Of a stretch of 64,000 bases of DNA, positions 60,001-64,000 are shown in pieces. The notes beneath the pieces are model-generated. The model had not been told where the DNA came from. It worked only from the letters and a program-made list of their open reading frames with translations, and made no database searches. This stretch comes from Candidatus Omnitrophota bacterium (lineage in GTDB: Bacteria; Omnitrophota; Gorgyraeia; Gygaellales; Profunditerraquicolaceae). Position numbers and translations under genes: made by a program. Where the stretch lies: the NCBI GenBank assembly GCA_028716965.1, contig JAQUOV010000008.1, positions 16,766 to 80,765 of the forward strand, written 5' to 3'. The stretch's first letter is position 1, and every line of letters begins with the position of its first letter.

Positions 60001-63000
60001 ATAAAGGCATAGAGATATTGAAGGTTGTCCCTTTGCCTAATTCGCTTTCAACTCCGATCTTTCCGCAAATAAGCCTTAGGGTAGCCATTACTGAAGCAAG
60101 CCCGCCGCCAAAACTTCCCTTTTTTCCCTGTGCCGTGCTATATCCGCGGACAAATATCCTGCGAACATTCTCAGCCGAGATCCCTTTTCCATAATCCCTG
60201 ACTTGAATGGTCAACTGTCCCCGGCGATAGAATGCTTTAATAGCTATTCTTTCTGTCCGGCTATGTTCGGCTGCATTTAGCAGCAATTCTTCCAGCGATA
60301 AATTGATAACATCTTTATAGGCAAGGACATTTCTGCCCCTTAAAGAACGGGGGATTATTATGCTTATTTTAATATCCGGATAACGGGAGAGAAAAGATTC
60401 AACCTTTTTACCAATAATATCTTCAATTTTATTTTCCCAGAGAGAATACCCTGACCAGAGGATAATCTGATCTATAAGAGGGAGCATCTCTTCGGCATCC
60501 TCGGAGAAAGCCACAAAGGTATTGCGCAATAATTCCGGCAAAGCGGCAAAGGCTTCTTTATTCTGCATCAATTGCTTAATATTGACCATGGCTTCTGAAA
60601 AAAGCGGCCTTACTTTCTTCAAGATCTCGCCGACCTCTGTTTTAGATAATTTTTCCTTTTTTTTGCGAAGTTGAGTGTCGCGGACCTGCATTTCGTGCAA
60701 AGGCATGCAGGCATTAACATATGACTGGATTACCAGGACAATTTCCCGGCATTCAGGAACATCCTTCTTCAGATATCTCGTTTCCACCAAGGGAGCTAGG
60801 CCCATGCCAACGAGTTTATTTTTCAAATCATGCCAGAAGTCGCTATAAGTTTTTGCCTCCTCCTCTAATACTGAATGGAGGCTATCTCTTGTAAATCTTT
60901 CTATTACTCTACTTATCAGGGAGTTAAATCTACCGGCGAGGACACTGGCGGAAGGGCTGGTTAGAACCTTGCCTGGAGGCCCTCTGAAGGTATTAGGATC
61001 AAGGATGGACAGTGAAATATTATTTTTCAAAGGACTGCCGGCTACTATATGCAGGTTATTCTGGCGTGCCACTGCGAGGCGCCCCCTTCTGTCATAAATT
61101 ATTGCCGTTTCATAAGTAAGAGGCTGAGACAAGGATGCTGTTTCTGGCTTTTTCCCGGTTGCGGGATGAGGCCTTGATTCGGTTGAGCTATCCGGCTCAA
61201 CCCCTCTTGACCGCATGATAGTATCATACGCGTCATTTACGAGCTTCATTTGTTCATCATCGCCTGTAAACCTGTCCGGATGGTACCTCCGGGAAAGGCT
61301 TCTTTTTACTTTCTTTACCTCATCCAGGGGAGCGCCACAGGCAAGCCCTAATCTAGCGTAGGCATTCCGCTGCACTTCATTACCGGCTGCTTCTATTTTA
61401 GTTAATAAAAGTTTTAACACGTACATTCCGAAGATGGCGGCAAAAGTCCATGGGATCAAATTCAGCGCGCTGCCGGCGGGAGTATCAGATTTTAATTTAA
61501 AAGAGGCTCCTGCATACCTGGTTTTACGCCATTCGCTATAACCTCCATCAGGCAACAGATCGCGCCATAAAGATAGATGTTCACCTGAGTGAAGATATTC
61601 TTTATGAAGCGTAATCCTATCGGGCTGCAACATTATATACTCTCCATAAGACGGATATGGATAAGCCACAGACCATTCCCTGCGAAGCTTCAGGGTCCTT
61701 CCGCTGCGCCAGGCAATACGGCAAAAGACATCTACATTTCCTTCATCGATCTTAATCCCGGATATTTTTTCAATTAGGTCTTTATCTGCCAATTCCATCA
61801 ATTCCTTATTATCCCGATTAAGCACTATATGCACAAATTCAACCCTGCTCTCTCCAAATAATTTCCTGGCTAAATTATAGGCAGAGCTCATATGCCTTAT
61901 ATATCCCTGCCTCCTCGCTTCCTCATTTTTACCCAAACTCCTGTACCAGCGGCTTTCTTTATTTATATTAAATTTAACCTCAATCCCGAATTTATTATTT
62001 CTCTCTAGCTCACCGATCTTCTTTATCGCTCTTTCCCCTTGAGAACCGATTTCCCAGCCGGAAGTAAATATTATAAATTTAGAGAAATGATCCCCCTCAT
62101 TCAAAACCAGTTGCTCTATGATATCCCCGTAATTCTTTTTATAGAGCGGGTCATAATAATCTTTTAACGGGTCATTGTCAAAGAAACTAAACGGGGTAAC
62201 TGACACGATTTCCGGGTTGGCTTTGTGCCATCCGATCAATTCAATAATGTGCGGCCAGGGCATATATTTGATATCTATACCGGAGGGCTTGGCGCAAAAA
62301 GAACAATGGGTTGAGCAATTTTCAGTGGCAAGAATCTGCAGCATACGGTCATTCCTCATGGCTTCCACCAATACCCTTCTTTCTGAAAGCTTAGCCGTAA
62401 AGTATGACCCAAACCATTCAAGCGGAGGCTCTTTTAGCGCCTGTTCAAGCTCTTGCAATTCATTTAGATAAAGATCCGGGTTATCCAGATAACCCTTAAT
62501 TCTTGCGGCAACCTCCGGCAGGAGTTTCGCGCCGTAGTTATTATTAATCCAGTCGAATCTTTCCCGCGCCGTCTCCGGCACAAGGCTGGATGAGGCGGGC
62601 TGGTTAAATTTAGCTATTTCGGTATCGATATACGACACCTCAGCTTCTATATCAATAACCCGTTCGCCGATATCAATGCCTCTAATTATGTTGAGCGCGA
62701 AAAGTTTATCTTTTTGCCCTCCCAGGAACTCTTTTCTTGAAACAAGCCTCTGATGTAATTTCCAGCCTATTTCTCCAATTTGCCTGTCAAGTTCCTTGCA
62801 TTTATCATAAAGCCCAGTCTCGCCATTTTTGACGCGAATATCGCGCTTATAAAACATCTTTTTTCTTTTTGCTTCCAAAGAATCCAGCATTTCTATATAT
62901 TCCTGATAAGTTTTTACCCCAAGAAATCTGCGCAAGGCGCCAATAACAGCGACCAGCGCTCCGGATAACTTCGTCAATGCGGCAGTTAGTGAACTGTTTA

Positions 63001-64000
63001 AGCCGAAGAGAAAAATAATAGAAGAACTTGTTGAATGAGTTTCTATGGAATCAGACGCAGGAGTGCGCAATGCATATTGTATTCTCCTCCACTGCCTTTT
63101 ATCAGTCAGATCTTCCTTTAAGAACCCGGCACTGATTATGTTAGGGAGCTTATGCAGCAATTTGAAATAAAATTCAGTAGCGGGATTATTATTATTTACA
63201 TACAAAGTTATCGTAGGAATATTTCTCGGAAGTGCGTAATTAAGCAGCTCTCCGAATAGCTCTGTCCCTACCCCATATCCTTGATACTCGCGATTGACTG
63301 CCATATAATGAACATAGAGAGGGTATTCATTACGGCTGCCCAGTATCAGATAAGCGATAATTTCTTTTCTTAAGCGCCCAAATATAGCCCTATTGCCATA
63401 TTTCAACGCTTCTCTTAGGATGAGGCCGTCAACTGCCGCGCAAGGAGCATAATCGCTGTGCGGCAGGCTGTGGTTAACGCGCGATACGCCCTCAACAAGA
63501 GACTTATTTATCTTTCTTGCTTTAACTATAAATAATTCCAACTCGCTCTTAAGCGGACTGTTAGAGTAAATATTAAACCCACGGCGCTTTAGCTCTAATT
63601 TTATTGCCTCCTCGGGGATATAATACCTGTCATAAATATGGATGGGGCAGCCTATCCAATCCATTAATTGCGGCTGCATTCTTTCAAAGAAGGTCAATGT
63701 TTTATTATTCTTATAGTAGCCCCCGTGTCCCGGCTTAAAATCAAACACATCGTAAATACTTAAGTAAGGGCCTTCGCTATCTTTCCCGAAAGACAACCTG
63801 TAATTACCTAAATCTATTCCCGTGTAGAAAATCCTGGATACCGGATTAGTTTTAAAGTTATCATGCAGCCGGACAAATTGAGAATCAACAATCTCTCCTG
63901 TTTTCATGGATAACAATTTTTGCAATAATTGCGTTGGCCAATAATAGGATATTTCTTTACTCTTATATACAAATTCAAAAGCTTCGCTTAATTCAGCTAC
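1..64000 (-). CDS. Internal fragment of a giant multidomain protein. No start or stop lies in the window; at least 21,300 codons are visible, continuing beyond both window edges.
   Basis: About 20 sites from nt 1 to nt 64000 were reverse-complement translated by hand. They give stop-free, protein-like sequence in one minus-strand phase (+ triplets starting at positions ≡2 mod 3), including 540 consecutive codons over nt 1-1620. The ORF track contains no minus-strand ORF in this phase, and all listed minus ORFs are in the other two phases; this fits a frame with no stop in the window. Peptide at the high-coordinate end: SKEISYYWPTQLLQKLLSMK. Peptide at the low-coordinate end: ...DIETAEHLTRALLRLPKNNGAWYNAYFTERGVVAENIYE, continuing past nt 1. 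Confidence 0.8.
1300..1620 (-). other. JAB/MPN (JAMM)-like metalloprotease-like segment within the giant ORF
   Basis: Hand translation gives ...GRIIHTVGRYDMKGEVMLHTHPGILLPSSKDIDEAACRGF.... The HTHP...SS.D pattern resembles the JAMM HxHx7Sx2D zinc site, but the spacing is imperfect. Confidence 0.3.
1800..2260 (-). other. GNAT N-acetyltransferase domain (copy 1)
   Basis: The peptide VLGERGRGYGQEL is encoded at nt 1961-1999. It matches GNAT motif A (R/Q-x-x-G-x-G/A), the acetyl-CoA pyrophosphate-binding loop. Confidence 0.5.
2460..2830 (-). other. Hydrophobic segment, putative transmembrane helices
   Basis: Reverse-complement reading is dominated by L, I, A, F, V and W. Only nt 2798-2830 were translated carefully (...SGLKTAGKAIMPN...); the hydrophobic reading at lower coordinates is from a less careful read. 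Confidence 0.3.
2900..3700 (-). other. TPR-like repeat array (array 1)
   Basis: The peptide IAGLYSQGDKYLEKAEILAR is encoded at nt 3482-3541. The + strand shows a repeated A/Y/G/L-rich helical-repeat pattern typical of tetratricopeptide repeats across this span. Confidence 0.45.
7240..7760 (-). other. Basic low-complexity linker with an AT-hook-like GRP motif and a repeated K-x-K-L-F motif
   Basis: nt 7682-7759 encode DRLKKENKLFSAKRGAGRPRKPQNLS, with a GRPRK AT-hook-like core. nt 7241-7300 encode PSFPPARKTKLFRQREADEE. The KLF(R/S) motif recurs about 155 aa apart. Confidence 0.3.
8200..8800 (-). other. Rossmann-fold methyltransferase-like module (FkbM/class-I-like glycine-rich motif)
   Basis: nt 8582-8662 encode ASVSIYDVGAAGGLFGAVAAPRLDKWA. 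The hydrophobic-D-V-G-A-x-G-G pattern resembles SAM-binding motif I. Confidence 0.35.
18850..19500 (-). other. Class I SAM-dependent methyltransferase domain
   Basis: nt 19022-19081 encode ELDMETARIADLGCGRGDVV. This is the canonical motif I (hh-D-h-G-C-G-x-G) of class I SAM methyltransferases. Confidence 0.5.
24000..24500 (-). other. Second methyltransferase-like Rossmann motif (PrmA-like)
   Basis: nt 24243-24299 encode ILGRNEFKGKTVAVAGLGN, followed in a looser read by GVDAIFSS. Only the single motif was checked. Confidence 0.25.
26600..27150 (-). other. GNAT N-acetyltransferase domain (copy 2)
   Basis: nt 26861-26941 encode CWIHYAVAVGEKFRQKGLGPAIASELL. RQKGLGPA matches GNAT motif A. Confidence 0.5.
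30950..31300 (-). other. GHKL/HATPase_c ATP-binding domain (copy 1); no HisKA dimerisation motif recognised upstream
   Basis: Three peptides match the boxes of histidine-kinase-like ATPases. N box: HERISGIKEIFCHLIHNAIDAISEAQMNGELVEGQGRLKI (nt 31141-31260). G1 box: RVLEDSGDIVLEVEDNGCGL (nt 31082-31141). G2 box: HVLGGKGEGLFKVRGWIDK (nt 30961-31018). Confidence 0.5.
31900..32345 (-). other. HD-domain metal-dependent phosphohydrolase
   Basis: nt 32282-32341 encode FPPGSAHILAHGRAVARIVD, which is the H...H...VA start of an HD domain. A looser read downstream gives ...AALVHDLGK..., the HD dyad. I cannot tell whether this is an HD-GYP subtype. Confidence 0.45.
33200..34450 (-). other. Radical SAM domain (copy 1) with an adjacent cobalamin(B12)-binding-like segment, i.e. 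a class B radical-SAM-like module
   Basis: nt 33782-33862 encode EYNLVTSRGCVNSCNFCNFYMVGGKSH. The CxxxCxxC 4Fe-4S motif lies at nt 33812-33835. nt 34142-34201 encode NIIGISAYDRSVLELIELIK, which resembles the hh-G-I-S pattern of B12-binding domains fused to radical SAM enzymes. Confidence 0.55.
39600..40700 (-). other. TPR-like repeat array (array 2)
   Basis: nt 40082-40140 encode GICCLKLGNYAQGRRYLER. The surrounding reverse-complement reading shows repeated ...Y..A...Y...AL... helical-repeat periodicity. Confidence 0.35.
46600..47500 (-). other. Possible glycoside-hydrolase-like (TIM-barrel glycosidase) module
   Basis: nt 46981-47040 encode FEENDPAVKISGWRLDAFHM. nt 46921-46980 encode GRGSYKENSCRVHCDTALW. 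G-W-R-L-D-A loosely resembles the nucleophile region of clan GH-H glycosidases, but the His spacing does not match GH13, so the family is unassigned. Confidence 0.2.
49200..49600 (-). other. Zincin-like metallopeptidase motif (HExxH)
   Basis: nt 49322-49381 encode IYGVKVHELMHKAREYKGYP. HELMH lies at nt 49349-49363 and is similar to the HELxH of SprT/WLM-type and other zincins. Confidence 0.4.
57000..57800 (-). other. P-loop NTPase (Walker A) module, STAND/AAA-like
   Basis: nt 57602-57802 encode YIKALAIGSTTVEQAIYELLGKDLNMMKQKDFALDLITGLGGCGKTTLLELFRDLCKELGLKEAAHE. The Walker A motif GLGGCGKTT lies at nt 57662-57691. Confidence 0.5.
60000..60420 (-). other. GHKL/HATPase_c ATP-binding domain (copy 2)
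   Basis: nt 60181-60240 encode IKAFYRRGQLTIQVRDYGKG, a G1 box (D-x-G-x-G). A looser read on either side gives ...LNAAEHS... (N box) and ...GSFGGGLASV...GKIGVESELGKGTTF (G2 box). Confidence 0.45.
61240..61480 (-). other. Internal J-domain (DnaJ-like, HPD motif) preceded by a hydrophobic helix
   Basis: nt 61261-61320 encode VKKVKRSLSRRYHPDRFTG, with the HPD tripeptide flanked by basic residues as in J-domain helix II/III. nt 61437-61511 encode ...FKLKSDTPAGSALNLIPWTFAAIFGMYVLK, which is hydrophobic. Confidence 0.45.
61900..62700 (-). other. Radical SAM domain (copy 2)
   Basis: nt 62283-62339 encode QILATENCSTHCSFCAKPS. The CxxxCxxC motif lies at nt 62294-62317. Confidence 0.45.
63000..63500 (-). 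other. GNAT N-acetyltransferase domain (copy 3)
   Basis: nt 63242-63298 encode VNREYQGYGVGTELFGELL. It is GNAT motif A (Q-x-x-G-x-G). Confidence 0.45.

Noticed and set aside
24241-61681. Apparent ±1 changes of reading phase in the motif-bearing translation at 31020/21, 31080/81, 31140/41, 31740/41, 46980/81, 47040/41, 61620/21, 61680/81, plus non-≡2-phase motifs at 24241-24300 and 60181-60240 whose boundaries were not traced. I considered read-through as a pseudogene, homopolymer sequencing errors, or separate genes with a stop/ATG overlap at 31703-31737.
   Set aside because: Every traced shift falls exactly on a 60-nt display-line boundary and always appears as a compensating drop/duplicate pair of a single character. 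No biological or sequencing process would respect display-line boundaries. I therefore treat them as transcription artefacts in my manual reading, not genuine frameshifts or gene junctions. They should be re-checked computationally: if they are real, the locus would be a disrupted (pseudo)gene.
303-62968. All + strand ORFs in the supplied track (60-158 aa), e.g. 38757-39233 and 45933-46406
   Set aside because: Their translations are low-complexity, S/R/L/C-rich and W-rich, with no recognisable motifs. They lie antisense to a strand that is demonstrably coding throughout. Random open stretches of this size are expected opposite a 64 kb ORF.
1-64000. Search for tRNA/rRNA genes, CRISPR repeats, IS/transposase ends, sigma-70 promoters and rho-independent terminators
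   Set aside because: No direct or inverted repeat arrays, no cloverleaf-compatible GC-rich 70-90 nt islands and no AT-rich intergenic gaps were noticed. The window appears 100% coding on one strand.

Overview
The whole 64 kb window looks like the interior of a single giant minus-strand ORF; I found no intergenic DNA, RNA genes, CRISPR arrays or mobile elements. Reverse-complement translation gives protein-like sequence with recognisable enzyme motifs at about 20 independently checked sites from nt 1 to nt 64000. These sites are almost all in one phase: minus-strand codons occupying + strand triplets that start at positions ≡2 mod 3. The supplied ORF track lists eight small minus-strand ORFs, all in the other two phases, and none in this phase. 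That is the expected result if this phase has no stop codon anywhere in the window. The gene therefore runs off both edges, so the full gene is longer than 64 kb and encodes more than 21,300 aa.

The encoded protein is a mosaic of unrelated catalytic and signalling modules. Reading from its C-terminal side (low coordinates) to its N-terminal side, I see:
- a JAB/MPN-like metalloprotease motif
- three GNAT acetyltransferase motifs
- a hydrophobic, transmembrane-like stretch
- two TPR arrays
- an AT-hook-like GRP motif
- three class-I SAM methyltransferase motifs
- two GHKL/HATPase_c ATPase domains
- an HD phosphohydrolase domain
- two radical-SAM CxxxCxxC sites, one next to a cobalamin-binding-like segment
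- a possible glycosidase module
- an HExxH zincin motif
- a Walker-A (GLGGCGKTT) NTPase
- an internal J-domain with an HPD motif

Moderate GC, AT-rich codon usage and this architecture resemble the giant genes reported from Omnitrophota-like uncultivated bacteria; that link is inference only. All + strand ORFs in the track (158 aa or shorter) look like antisense artefacts. Domain boundaries are approximate because I translated by hand at sampled sites, not exhaustively.
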